From NCBI GenBank assembly GCA_013265495.1, contig MU058687.1:5206093-5270092 (forward strand): 64,000 nt of DNA, written 5' to 3'. The position numbers were made by a program, and so were the translations under genes. Source of the stretch: Vicugna vicugna (taxonomy: Eukaryota). This document shows, one piece after another, positions 25,655-38,311 of this stretch. The stretch's first letter is position 1. Each line of letters begins with the position of its first letter. The notes under the pieces were generated by a model. The model was not told where the DNA came from. It saw nothing but the letters and a program-made list of their open reading frames with translations, and did not search any database.

Positions 25655-25960
25655 CTCTCACACCATCGTTCAAAGCATCTGTTTAGTTGAATGCCAAGAA
25701 GAGCAAGAGTTGCAGGACCCCACAGAAAACATGATGTAGCACTGTACTTTCCCACAAAGCCCTTTACTGCACAGAGAGTGTCTATGTCCACAGCAGCCTC
25801 AGCAGAAAGGTAAAGCTGCCCAAAGGGATCCAACGATTAGCACAATTCATGTTAGTTCACACTGTTTCTTTTTAAGCAAACTCCTCATGATGTAGCTGCT
25901 TATCCTCAGGCTCAACATAACTAATTGTGTGTTTAGCCACATCCTCGGCATGACTCGAGG
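25655..25960 (-). other. Possible non-coding/first exon ending at a strong donor
   Basis: Minus-strand GAGAG|GTAAGA at 25655/25654 in repeat-free sequence; no convincing acceptor upstream, so the 5' boundary is arbitrary. Confidence 0.25.
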
Positions 25961-26463
25961 GCTGCCAAAGCCAATTCTATCCCCCAGATGCTCTTTAACT
26001 TCACACAAAGGCTGAAATCCCACACAAGTGATACCTTCAGATAAGTTTTTTTTTTTTTTTGATACAGTGCTAAGAAAAACAGCAAAAAGTAAGTAATTCC
26101 AGAATGGGTTCATAAACACACACCAGTATGTAGGAAATGAGCTTAGCAGTTTCTTCCTAGCTGTTCCCTGCTCCCTAGGAGAGAGGCAGCCCCATGGCAT
26201 TCTAAATTTCCGCATGACACCATGTTGTATACATATTCATATTCCCACACATGGCCCTCTGTATGAGAGGATGAAGATGATGGTGTATGTTAGAAGGGGA
26301 CATAAAAGAGAGAGAAAAATGGGATTGAGGACAAACTTTATTTACTTCAATAATTTGGCTGGGGGAAGCTCCTATTCATTTGCTAGAAGGTAGGAACTGA
26401 AGCTTTAGCATCTGATAGATATCACATTGGTTAGTCAGCTGTGGCCCCTAAGTCCATCTCCAC

Positions 26464-26550
26464 TGTATTACTCAGTTCTCTCCAGAGTGGCAGAACCAAT
26501 AGGGTGTGTGTGTGTGTGTGTGCGCGTGTGTGTGTGTGTGTGTGGATAGA

Positions 26551-26602
<52 letters not shown>

Positions 26603-26929
26603 TATTAGAGAACTGGCTCATGTAATTGTGGAGCCCAGCAAATCTAATATCTGCAGGGTAGGCTGGAGACCTAGGAAAGGGTTGACCTTGTGGTCTGTTG
26701 ACAGAATTTCTCTTCCTGGGGAGAGGTCAGTCATTTTTCTGTTGAGTCCTTCAACTGATAGAATGAGGCCCACCTACATTATGGAGGGTAATCTGCTTCA
26801 TTAAAAGTCTACTGATTTAAATGTTAATTTATTCTAAAACTTCTTTCCCAGAAGCATCTAGAATAATGTTGGACCAAATATCTGGGCATTGTGGCCGAAC
26901 CAAGTTGACACATGAAGTTACCTATCACA
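26464..26929 (-). mobile_element. MLT2 ERVL LTR with compound microsatellite
   Basis: tgtattactcagttctctccagagtggcagaaccaatagg...ccaagttgacacatgaagttacctatcaca (TG...CA). Confidence 0.9.
26504..26604 (+). repeat. Compound (GT)n(GATA)n(GACA)n microsatellite
   Basis: Directly visible. Confidence 0.95.
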
Positions 26930-27309
26930 TTCCCTGTGGCCAAGTGATGGAGGAAAAAAAGCAATGATTTTAAGACCATATCTCGGAGCTCTGTCTTGTC
27001 TAACAAAAAAAGGGCTCTCTGGATAAAGTTTTCAATCACTCCTCTCAAAAGCTATGATCACAGAACTGTGACATGCAATGAAGTTTTGGCAAAATGATGG
27101 CCTTTGTCTTATTCAGGGCAGTTCACTGAGCCATGTAATTTGAAGACATAAAATATTTTACCCCATGTCAAAGGTAATGCAACTCACACAGATGCCAATT
27201 TTCAGCTACTGGGGTACAATAATTAATGTTCAGTGATCTGCTGACAGGCACACACCTTGTAGATTATCTGAAGAAAATGGTCACTTTTCCAGTCATATGT
27301 ATTTTTTCA

Positions 27310-27790
27310 CTCTGTCAGTAAAAATGTTTAATGCCTCTTATGTGCTAGTATGTTGCATTAGATGCTGAATATATGGAGATTAATAACTTAAAAATCCCTC
27401 CTTTCACAATTAAAATAGAGAGACAGATTAATATAGACTCATTCCTCCCCCAGAGGAGAAAAGAAGTGTTTCAGATAAAAGAATAGTTTTCTGAAGTGAT
27501 TTCTGAAATAAGATTTAATTGATTAATAATAATAATAATAATAAATAGTAAAGATTCCTTGAGCACTTTTTATGTACCAGGCACAGTTATGGGCACTTTA
27601 CGTATGTTCATTGATTTGATGAGTAACACTTTACCAGATGCCTTGGGTTGGGATGGCATTCTAGGTAGAATGTATAGCATGTACAGACATGGTGGCCTCA
27701 AGAGAGGTGGACACATTCATGGAAATACAAGGAACTTAGTAGTGGAACATAAGGCTGCTATGCAGAGTCTCAGTAAGTGAGACTGAAAAT
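27310..27790 (-). mobile_element. L2 and MIR fragments
   Basis: aatgtttaatgcctcttatgtgctag (L2); ttgagcactttttatgtaccaggcacagttatgggcactttac (MIR tail); cattctaggtagaatgtatagcatgtaca (L2). Confidence 0.55.
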
Positions 27791-29274
27791 CCTGCCTTTG
27801 GGAAATTCCATAAACAACAGGCAATCTCCTGCTTTGTGTCTAGCTCCAGTGCCCACACTCAGTGCTTTGGGTGGACACAGTGGAGCTCTTCAGGTGTTCA
27901 CCCAACAGACGAGGTGCTCTGAATGCACTTACCCATTTACTTATGGTGTCAAATACCTCGTTTGTTAACCTAGTCCTTTGCCGTCCTAGTCAAAGGAGCA
28001 CACCCAGAATCATTGCCACCATTATGACTGCCTTCTTTGGTGCATTTGGGTTATGGATTCTTAGGGTCTTTTTTCTTTGTCAGTTGAATTTTATCTGCTT
28101 TCTATCTTTAAGGGATTCTTCACAAATTTTGGATTGATGTTGAGGCCTTTTAATGTTGCAGTGTTATTCCAGATTTCATCTACATCCACATAATCTATAA
28201 ATATAGATGCGTATACATTTGTGTCATATCAAAGGATCTGGGGTAACAGGAGAGGTCATTACATGCTCATTTTACCATTATGATAATTTTGAGTAATGGG
28301 CCAATGACTTAATCATTTCCTCTTTTTTTTTTTTTTCCCCCAAGTTTTGTTGATGATTTTGGCTGCACTGGCCTCATGGTGAATATTGCATTCCTCCTGA
28401 CCTTGAAACAAATGACCCCATTTGCTTTTTTATCTCCAGGCTTGAAGGACTGTTTATTCTGTCTCTGTAGTTTGAGAGAGTAGAGGGAGAGAGACAGCCT
28501 CTGGATCTGCTGACTGTCCCCCTAGGACCATAAATCTTCTTTCTTGATGGTCTTTGTCTAGCGTCCTTTCAAAGAATCTCCCTGAGTCCCCTACTGAGGA
28601 TCAAAGGATATAACAAAATGGCTTAGTATGCAAACATGGTAGTTTATAAACTGCTGGCATCCCAGGCGAGAGGCCCGTTTGGGTACTTTAATTTTCCTCT
28701 TCCTCTTCTCACTCTGTTCTGTGTGCCTCACATTTCTGTCAGGGTCTGGGCGGTGGCAGGGCAGAAGCTGGACCAGAGCTCAGGGACTCAGATACAGTTG
28801 AGAAAACAGAGGAAATTCTGAAGTTAGAATGACATTCATAAAGGAAGTTCAGGAAGTTGGGAAAGCCAAAGGTCTCTAAGGTCAATCACTGCAAAACACA
28901 AAAGGTCAAGGCATTTGAAGCAGAGAAACTGTCTTGTCGGGTATGGCTGTAAAGAAGATCAGCCCAAAGGGGCTCAGATTTTTTTCTCAAGTTTTCTGGA
29001 TTTTCTATCAGAATTTCTATCATTTTGCCTGAGTGCAGTGCACTGGGGTTACTGAGGGGCCAGGGTATCATCTTCCTCTTGCCTTCATTTTTTCTTTCTT
29101 TCTCTGCTTCCTGCTTATCTTTAAAAACTTGATTTTCTCTCCAAATTGTAGGAAAGTTGCTCTGACATCCCTTCGTTATTTGCTCTATCTTACTTTTTTA
29201 GTAGAAGTCCATGGTCAAAACCCCCCCATGACTGATTTTTTAAAATCACACATTGTTTCCAATGGCAATTTTAA

Positions 29275-30280
29275 AATAAAAGTCTGATTGATACAGAATT
29301 CATATACCATAAAATTAAGTCTTCTAAAGTATAAAACTCAGTAATTATAAATATGTTCATGGGGTTGTCCAACTATTACCACTGTCTAACTTTGGAACAC
29401 TTTCATCACCCCAAATACGTCCCATACCCACCCGTTATTATTCTTCACTTTCTTCCTTTGGTCCCTGGAAACCCTGGATCTACTTTCTGTTTTGATGGAT
29501 TTGCCTGCTCATAAATGGGATTATAGATTATGTGAGCTTTTCTTTGTCATTGGCTTCTTTCAATCAGCATGTTTTCCAGGTTCATCCATGACGTAGTGTG
29601 TATCAGTACTTCATTCCTTTCTATTGTCACTGTATAGACATACCACATTGTGTTCATTCACTGTTCAATTAATGGAGATACGGGTTCTTTCCACTTTTCG
29701 CTATTATGAATAACACTGTGATGAACATTCATTTAGACATAGGTTTTCAATTCTCTTGAAAATTGTTAGGTTATATGGTAAGTCTGTGTTTAACCCTTTG
29801 AGGAGCAGCCAGAATGTCTTCCAAGGATGTTGCACTGCTTTACATTAAGACCAGCAGTATAAGGATTTTCAGTTCTCCACATTGTTGTCGAAAGTTCCTA
29901 TTTTATGTATTTTCACTTGTAGCTATCATATTGTGTACGAAGTGGTATCTCACTGTGGTTTTGATTTGCAATTCTCTTCTGGCTAATAATGTTGAGCATT
30001 TTTTTCATATACTTATTCGCCAGTTATGCGTCTTCTTTGGAGAAATTCTATTCAAAGACTTTGATTATTTTTTAATCAGTTTTTAAATTGCTGAGTTAGA
30101 AGAGGATGTTTTCAATGTATTCTAGATATAAGTCCCTTATCAGATATACTATTTGCAAATATTTGCTCCCATTCTGTGAGTTGTTTTTTCACTTTATGGT
30201 GTCTTTTGAAGCATGAAAGTTTTTAATTTTGATGAAGTTCAATTTATCCATTTTCTTTTATCACTTGTGCCTCATATTTG
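29275..30280 (-). mobile_element. L1MB-type 3' end
   Basis: aattcatataccataaaatt..tttcatcaccccaaa, ttccaggttcatccatg, gtggtatctcactgtggttttgatttgca, ttctagatataagtcccttatcagata. Confidence 0.9.
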
Positions 30281-31719
30281 GTTTTTGATCTATCTAAGGG
30301 ATTGTTGGAATTTAGAAAAACCCTGCTTTCTATCATATGGTCTGGTTTTAAAGATTGTTGTCTCACCATGGACTTAAGAAAGTCCAAACTCAAGGCTGAT
30401 CAAAGACCTCTTTGTACTAGACAGAGAGGCTACAATCCTTTATGGAAGGTCTGCTATCAGGGTTAAGAGGTAGGATAGACTGCTTTTTTTCTGGGACGGA
30501 CAAAGGACATACCAAGACATTTTTTTTCAACTTAGGTAGGGTTTAGCTATAGAGAAAGATGTACATTTCCTAGGGCAACCCAGATCTACCTTAAAGATAC
30601 AAAGTTGAAAGGGCTGGTTGGAATCTGAGTCGAGCAGAAAGTGTGAGGTGAAGGATTGAATGCCAGACCCAGAATGAATGGAGGAACCATTAGTTATCTT
30701 TTTGGGGGGGAAGGTAGGAACATGATTCTTCCTGGGCTTTACAAATGCTAATCTAGGTTGTAATCCAGGGAAATGATTGCAAAAAGAGGGCCCAGAGAAA
30801 AGAAAGCCAATGCAGTCTACAGCCATGAATTAGGTGAGAGACAGTATAAATGGGAGCCTTGGTAGCAACAGTGGGACAAGGAAGAAAGAGGCACAGAGGC
30901 CGTGGTGGTAGCTCTTTCAATTCCCTGGCAGCTGTTGGGATGCAAGGTGGCGGCTGACAACAGGAGCAAGAAAACAAGCTTGTTTAAATGAGAAAAATCT
31001 CTCTGATTAAATAGATAAAGAACCCTTTTGAAGTAATCGCGGTGCATTGTTCTGATGTTCCGAAGGGGCTGTAGCTTCCTTAATCAAAATAATCTAAATT
31101 ATACTGTTTTTGAGAAATATTCCTGCAAATATTTTTCCGGCCACCAAGACAGGATGCTTTTGAAAAGGGGAATTTATTCATGTTGCCACTTTGACTCGAG
31201 CTGTGATGGAGAAAGACGCCTGTACTGTTTGCTGCTGCTCATGGAAACATCTTAAAATTCTCATTTCTCTATGCAAATGAAGTGCACCTTAAATGGCTGT
31301 ATGTGTTTTCCTCCTGAAGACAGAAAAAATAAAGCTGCATATGTGTGACTGCAATCGCATATGAGGCAGTGTTCTTTGGTATTATATTTTTGTACTTAAA
31401 TATTGCTCCACTGTAGGCCCTGCAGGTTCAAACAGATATTAAATTTGTACAGCAGATCTAAAGGAATGAGAGGAAGTTCGTTTTTTCTGGCCTCTCTTCC
31501 CATTTGCCCTAGTGACTTAACCCCTGAAGACTGAAGATAGCTAACCTAGCTTTAAGTTTAAAGAATTCAAGAAAAGGTATATAAATATCTTCTAAGATAT
31601 ATATATATATATATGCAATAAAGTTATTATTACACAGTTGCGTGATGAAATCTCCTTTAGGGCTCGTTCCAACTGGACTCTGGGGGCCAGCTTTTCCTTT
31701 ATATGTTTTGTTTTGATCT

Positions 31720-31812
31720 ATTTTTGTCACAGAACTTTAGACAGTATGATGGAAGCTCTAGACCCTTTCCCAGAAAACATACTACCTTTTGCAAACAATT
31801 TTAAGGGACAGA
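31720..31812. mobile_element. MER103-like hAT fragment
   Basis: gtcacagaactttagacagtatgatggaagctctagaccctttcccagaaaa..ttttgcaaacaattttaaggg resembles MER103C from memory. Confidence 0.45.
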
Positions 31813-32539
31813 CAGGTTTCTTTAAAACTCAATTTCCGTCACTCTGTGAAGAGATGCCTGGGGGCAGCACCCTGGAGTGTTGGGGACACGCTTAGATAAT
31901 AGTCTCAAGATGGTCACATTGGCATGACTGTCTAAAAGTCACAGGTATAAATTACATTAAAAAGTGAAAAAACAAAACCTCAAAGCAGAGAAAGGGTGTC
32001 TTGTGTATGTTAACAAGGTGGTGAGTTAATAAGGGAGTGGGTAACGTCTCATGTTTTAATCACTTAACAATGGCCACGGTGCAGTCAACTCTTTGCTATT
32101 CCCAAATAATATAATAAAGTTATAGAACAGGACACAAATCAGGAGGATGTGGAGATGTGATAAGCCACCTTTTCCCTTTGTCTACTCAGAACTAGGCTGG
32201 TGCAAATCACATGCCTAATCCAGGTCTACTGAGCATGCGTTATGTACAACATTTTACTTGTGCTTCACTTTGGTGGACTTAATTAAGTGCTTTAATTTGA
32301 GAGCACATTTACTAGACTGTAGGTAGAAGTAATGGAAAGGTGCTGGTCCTGCAGGTACATGGTAAAATTGGGGTGTGTCTGATGAGTCCTTAAGCTCCCG
32401 CTCTGGCAACAGGGCAATCGATGCAGACATGGTTGTTAGTGCCCATCAGGAAGCAGCCTCTGTCCCAGGATCCAGCTCACAGCTATCTGGATGGATGAGT
32501 CCAAGACTGAAGGTCACAGTACCGGCTCCCCATGGCCTC

Positions 32540-33165
32540 TGATAGGAAAGGGATTCAGAAGTACTGAAGGGGGAGGAAAGAGGGCCAGGTACAACCACTG
32601 AAGGAATGACACAGCAACTGAGGACAGGACAAACTGGTTAGGACCAAGATGGAGGAAGATTCGACTTTCAGTAGACCTTGAGCCTCATGGCACACCCACA
32701 GGCACCATGATGGTTCCTAGGCTGACCGTAAATAAAAGGTCAAAAAGTGGGCAGGGCCCAATTCCTGGAAATCCCCACCCCTTCCCCAAAGTATTTGGAA
32801 TAATCCTCCTACTCACTGGCACCTGAAATTACCGATCCTATGCAACCTAACAACCCTGCGCCTTGGGGCCATTCTCTCTCTTGCCTTCTGAGACAGCCCG
32901 CACTCTGTCCGTGGAGTGTGCACCTGCTTTTACTTTAAACTAAACCCCCCACACCTCTCGGCTTCTCTCCCTCTCACCTTTCTGAGATGACCCACGTTCT
33001 GCCTAAGGAGTGTGTATCTCCTAAGCTGTTCTCCCTTCTGAGTGAGACCCTACTCTCTGTGAAGTGTGTATCTCGCTAAATAAACTTGCTTTCACTTTAC
33101 CATGCCTTGCTCTTGAATTCTTTCCTGCGCGAAGCAAAGACCTATTCTCCCCGAGCCGTACCACA
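32540..33165 (+). mobile_element. MER41-like ERV1 solo LTR
   Basis: Starts TG; ccaagatgg, ggcaccatgatggttcc, aattcctggaaatccccaccccttcc, gaataatcc, aataaacttgctttcacttta and cttgaattctttcctgcgcga are MER41 hallmarks; 3' end degenerate. Confidence 0.85.
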
Positions 33166-33571
33166 TGCCCCTCCAAAGCCAAGAGAGTTCTGTGAGGACC
33201 TGGTGGGTCTGCAAACAGCTGGCTTTGAGCCACAGAGAAAGCAGAAGAGGAAGCTCTATGAGGAGCAGTGCTCATGGCAGGACCCCCATGAACAGTTATG
33301 CAGGTTGGTCCTGGGCCAAGGAGCCCACTGAAGGGGTGTGTGGCCAAAATCTAGCCTCCCCTTCTGCCTGTAGAGTCATGCCCTCTGGTGCACAACTGTG
33401 TCTACCTGTAGGAGGAACTTCTCTCCGATCTGACAAATGCCCTATGTAGGTCGATCTGGTTCGAGGTCAGTGGTAAGTACTGATGTTCTCCTAAAGTCAG
33501 TGGGCCAAGTTCTGTCACCACCAAAATTGGCACCGAGAGGTTGATTATCAGAGAGAACAGGAGGAAGACAA

Positions 33572-33795
33572 AGGATTAGGAGTTTGGGATTAGCAGACAC
33601 AAACTACTATATATAAAATAGATACTAACAACAAGGTCCCACTGTATAGCATGGGGAACTATAGTCAATACCTTGTAATAACCTATAAAGAAAAAGAATA
33701 TATATACACAACTGAATCACTATGCTGTACACCAGAAACTAACACAACACTGTAAATCAGCTATACATCAATTAAAAAAAAAGAAAGAAGAAAGA
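33572..33795 (+). mobile_element. Artiodactyl-type L1 3' UTR fragment
   Basis: ggagtttgggattagcagacacaaactactatatataaaatagat..caaggtcccactgtatagcatggggaactata..A-rich tail; candidate TSD aagacaa (33565-33571 and 33796-33802). Confidence 0.92.
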
Positions 33796-34899
33796 AAGAC
33801 AACATGAAAATCAGGCCACAGCCTGAAGCCTCGAGGTCATGTCTGCTCCCTTTTGACATAAGACCTGACTTTAGGAAGTAAAAAGTGAAGGGGAGTGTCA
33901 GCCCTGGCAGGAAATCCTAGATGGAATTGCCTAAATATTTACTCAAATGAGACTGATCATCCTGAAAGAAATGCTGGGACGTCAAGGTCTACTGTAACTC
34001 AGATTGCCAAGTTGGTGTCCTTACTTCCTCCCCAGCCTTTGAAACTTACTGGAATAAATTTTATGTAGGAGGTGATAATACTCATAGAAAACGAAGAACC
34101 CTACTGTTTCTGCATGACTAAGTGTAGAGTGTAACTTTTTAACTTGTATTTTGTATCTGTTCTCCCCTATAATCTATAAGCCTCTCTACCCTGTATTTTT
34201 GTATTTGTTTATTTATTTCGTGAAAGGCTCAAGAATGCTTTGTACATAGAAGATGCTCAATATATTTTCATAGGAAGTGTTTCACTGATAGCTTAGAGTG
34301 TAACGAGGCAAGTTTGGCTCTTCCACTAGACGACTGGCTGCCTTTTCAGACTTCAAATAACTTATGTCTTTGTTTTTATCACATTTTATGTCTTTGTTGT
34401 CAGTGTTTAGGGTTTTGGCAGAAGACAAGAGAAGGCAAACCTGTTAGTTATGTATGTGCAATACATACACGCAAACGTTGGCATATCCTCTAGCTAAGCC
34501 TGATAAAAATCTGTTCAGCAATCTTACTAAATTAGTTCTTTAATCCTATAAAAGGGGAAGAATACTGGGAGATGAATAAAATTCTTGCAAGATGCTGGCT
34601 TAGCAATTCTCAAAGCTAATTCTTAAGATTTCTCTAATTAAGTTGGAAATAGTGCAAGGCACGTTTTCCTCCAGCATTCCTGCTTCCAAAGCAATACTTC
34701 ACTCGCATCTCTGGCTGAATTACATACACTCCTCGGAGGATGACATGAAGCCGTCTTCTACCTTTCGTGGGTGAATAGTACTTGTGACACGCTCACGCAG
34801 GAAAAAGCTAGAGAAGGTACCAAATGAAAGGCTGTATTCATTGTCTGCCTAGAATATACAACAGACCTTGACCGTAATATCATACTCAGTTGAAATATC

Positions 34900-35890
34900 T
34901 TTTTTTATTTATTGACTTTTTGAAATTATGGGGTATCTTTTTTTTTTCAAAGTGAACATCTTTATCGGCTTTCTTGGATCAACCCCCAATGCTTATATTT
35001 TAACTTTTAATAATTCATGTTATAAATGCTCTATTGCAGTTTTTGCTACTACGTTACTTTTTGTCACTATGTATGTAGCACCGTGCCGATATGCATAGAT
35101 TGTCTTATGTTTCTTAAAGGATGTATATATACTATTACACAGTACAGTCCTCATGTAAATGTCTATCAATAAAAAATGGGTTAATACAGTTTTTTTACAT
35201 TTTTAGTGTTTTTACAATCAATGCTGTAATAAATATCTTGAACATATGTCTGTGCATTTTTCAGTAAATTTCTCTGGGTTTCTAGAAATAGAATTGCCAA
35301 GTCTAATTCATATGTGCATTTGAACTGCTGATCTATGTTGCCAAGGCACGCTAGGATGGTTGTACCACTCTAGACACTAACCTGATACTTCCCTTCATTC
35401 TTTAAGTAGTAGTATAGAGAGAAAGTAATAGCATTTGGATGGCTAGAGGGTAAAGAGAGGAGGTGGGGGAGCATATAGTTCAGTGGTAGAGTGTATGCCT
35501 AGCATGCATGAGGTCATGGGTTCAATCCTCAGTACCTCCATCAAACAATAAATAAGTAAACCTAATTACCTTCCCCTAGAAAACAAATAAACAAACAAAC
35601 AAATAAAGAGAGGAAGGTGTTCTCAGCCAGGACAAGCAGCCCAGAGCCCCAGTAAACTTTCAGGTGGAAGTCTCTGTACACTCACAGCCTTTGTGCGAGC
35701 CATCCTTCTGGGTGTTCTTCTAACCAACAGTGTATCCAACTTTATTATCAATATTTTAAAAAATCCTCAGTCTAATCTGCAATAATTTCTCATTTAAAAA
35801 TTTTAATTTCTTTGGCAGTCAAGGATGTGGAACAGCTTTTTCCATGTGGATTGCTGTCTGCATTTTTCTAAGAATGAGCACTCTATGTGC
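34900..35890 (-). mobile_element. Old L1ME fragments (SINE inserted within)
   Basis: ttacaatcaatgctgtaataaatatcttgaacatatgtct, tttctagaaatagaattgccaagtc, ggatggttgtacca. Confidence 0.6.
35465..35603 (+). mobile_element. tRNA-Ala-derived camelid SINE (vic-1 type)
   Basis: A box tagttcagtgg, B box ggttcaatcc, tRNA-like head ending cca at 35540, aagtaaacctaattacc and (aaac)n tail; TSD taaagagagga(a)ggt at 35451-35464 and 35604-35618. Confidence 0.92.
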
Positions 35891-36689
35891 TTTGTCCACG
35901 GAGCCTGGATGTGAGTCACTGGGATGTTTCCAACCTCCACACTTCAGAAAGTCATTTTCCGCTGGCTCATCACTCTCCCCACATCCTGTGAATCATAGCT
36001 TCTGAGAACTTGGCACGTGGTGGAGTTGGTCATGCTCATCAGCTCATCCCTTGTGCCTATTGGTCTGTTCGACCCCACTGTCTCCCACACTGGACATGGC
36101 ACCTCTTTTGCAGACACTCTTCAAAACACAGTCTTAACTTAAGCATGTTTGGAGTTGTAAATGTTTAAGGAAATTAGGAGATAGTAAGGGTTTACAACAT
36201 GGACTAGCCAATAAATTAAAACTAAGTATCAGATTTGCTTGTTCCCAAGGTTCCTGCTCCTGCCCAGCAAGGGGAGACTTTCCCATCTCTCCGGCATCTG
36301 CTCAGCTCTTGCTCAAGCCCCTTCTCACATCTTGGACCCTTTTCCTTCTCAGAGTTCCTGAGAAGATCCTCACAAGTCTCTGCCCTTCGCAGAGCTCCAG
36401 ACCCCACAGTCTCCCCTCAAGAAAGCCTACATTTCTGTTCGTGGGAATGCAAAGCTATCAGTCTTATCGCTAACCTTTTCAGTTAGGCTGAACACAGAGG
36501 GTTTTTCTGACTGTAAAGTCCATTAAGTGTTTCCCGAAGAGAAGCCCACTCTCTCCTGTGATAATGATAAAAGTGCCGTAGTCTTTTATTCATTTCTGTG
36601 GTCGTCTTTTTAAAGATCTCCTCCAACTCATTTCTCTACTGGGGTGTTTGCTTTTCCTTTTTCCTTGTAAAAGTTCTTAATACCCCATT

Positions 36690-36860
36690 TCTACCACTTA
36701 TAAGCTGCATGCTCTGGATAATTTTTTAAACTTCTCTGTGCCTCAGTTTCTTCATCTGTAATATGGGTCTAAGAGTAGCACGTACTTCATGAGGCGGTTA
36801 ATACAAGCTTATTACAATGTCTGGCACGTAGTAATCACTGTATATGTTGGTTACTAATTT
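36690..36860 (+). mobile_element. MIR SINE within L1ME sequence
   Basis: ctaccacttataagctg..aacttctctgtgcctcagtttcttcatctgtaatatggg..caatgtctggcacgtagtaa. Confidence 0.85.
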
Positions 36861-38311
36861 TACATGTATTTGTACTAAGAATACTAATTTTTTGTGTATT
36901 GCAAATAATTTTCCCACTTTGTAATCTGAATTTTGAATTTTGACAATCTGTCTTTTATTCTGTGAAAATCTTCCTGTGATCTGCCAGGTTTTTTTCCTTT
37001 ATGTTTCTAGCTTTAACATCATGATAAGAAAGACTTTCTCCATCTCAGTTTTATTTTTAAAAATTCATTTGCACATTTATATTTACTGTTAAATTATTAT
37101 TCAACATAGAAATAGTTGTTAAAGTGTCAAATAGGGGATACGGCCCCCCTACCCACCCAAATGAATACTCTTATGTCCTCAGACTTTATGAAGGTGTCCT
37201 TTAAATTCTAGATTTAATAAAGCAACAAAAAATTCATCCTAGAATGACTGGACTTATTTTTCCCCCATGACATAGGTTGAAATAAACATAAAATTGAACC
37301 AATATGATAAGCCGCAGTCACTGGGTTCTTACTCTCACTCAGTAAGGCATTCACGAAACGTGAGCCAGGTTGGCTGGGGGAAATGTACTCATAGAGTTTG
37401 GATTCTTCTCCTTTCACTTCCAATTTAGTGTGATCCTCATCTAACCGAGAGCGCCGCACACTCTGTTCCTGTGAATTTAGAGCAATCGTAGCAGCAAGGC
37501 TTCAGTTCCTTTGTATTAGCATAAAGTCCTTGATACAAGGGTAACTACTCCACGTGGACCAAATGCAGGCTCCTCCTCAAACCGCTTGTAAAGATCTGCC
37601 CCCTGATCCCGCCAGCTCCTGCAGATGCCCACAGCAATGAAACCTAAGGAGATCTATTCTTCAGTGAACTCAGCTACACTCCTGCTGTGGCTGCCAGTTA
37701 CTCAGGAGCAGCTTCTATGTCTCTGTACTCTGTCTCTCAGTTTGCATGGAAAGAAGGAGCAGGAAGCATCAACTCCTCAGCCAGCGCCCACAACTCTCCC
37801 CAGCCCTGCCGGGGTCTGTGACACTTTCTGGGTCACATTATCACATATGCCCCTTGCAGATTTGAAAGCTCACACTTTCTGTGCAGCTATTTTATGTCCA
37901 CTTGGGCTAGATACACCCTCTTCCTGTGTGAGGTCACAGGGAGAAAACTGTACAAATTTTTACCACACCAAACCCAGCCTTAAGTGTAGGCAGAGTGAGT
38001 ATCTACGTAACAGAGAGAAAAAAAGATCGCTCTCAAACAGATGTCTATAGAACCTGGAACTCCACTAACATCCTTTTTAAAGGTGGCCTTCTTGAGAACA
38101 CAAGTGTTCTTGTTTAAATTAAGTTAGGCATAACCATTTTTTAATTGTAAAAAAGGAAAACTTGATCTAATAAATCAGTGCCCACGAAAGCACTTAAAAT
38201 AGTAGGAAATAATAGGAAAATGAGCACAAACAAGAAACAGGGGTTAAGGGTGAGGAAAGACAAGCTGTAAAGTGTCCTTGAAAGAATACTGGGTTGTACT
38301 CAGAACACTCA

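Larger units (their letters stand above)
32318..34100. mobile_element. Ancient LTR host element (family uncertain) containing nested MER41-like LTR and L1 3' end
   Basis: GC-richer LTR-like sequence continues on both sides of both inserts and ends near ggaataaattttatg; family not pinned down. Confidence 0.4.

Noticed and set aside
35465..35540. Functional tRNA-Ala(AGC) gene (also 15278-15350 on minus)
   Set aside because: Multiple stem-disrupting substitutions, a SINE-specific tail and TSDs show these are SINE copies.
37625..38050. 141-aa ORF
   Set aside because: No recognisable homology or convincing splice context; the length is compatible with chance.
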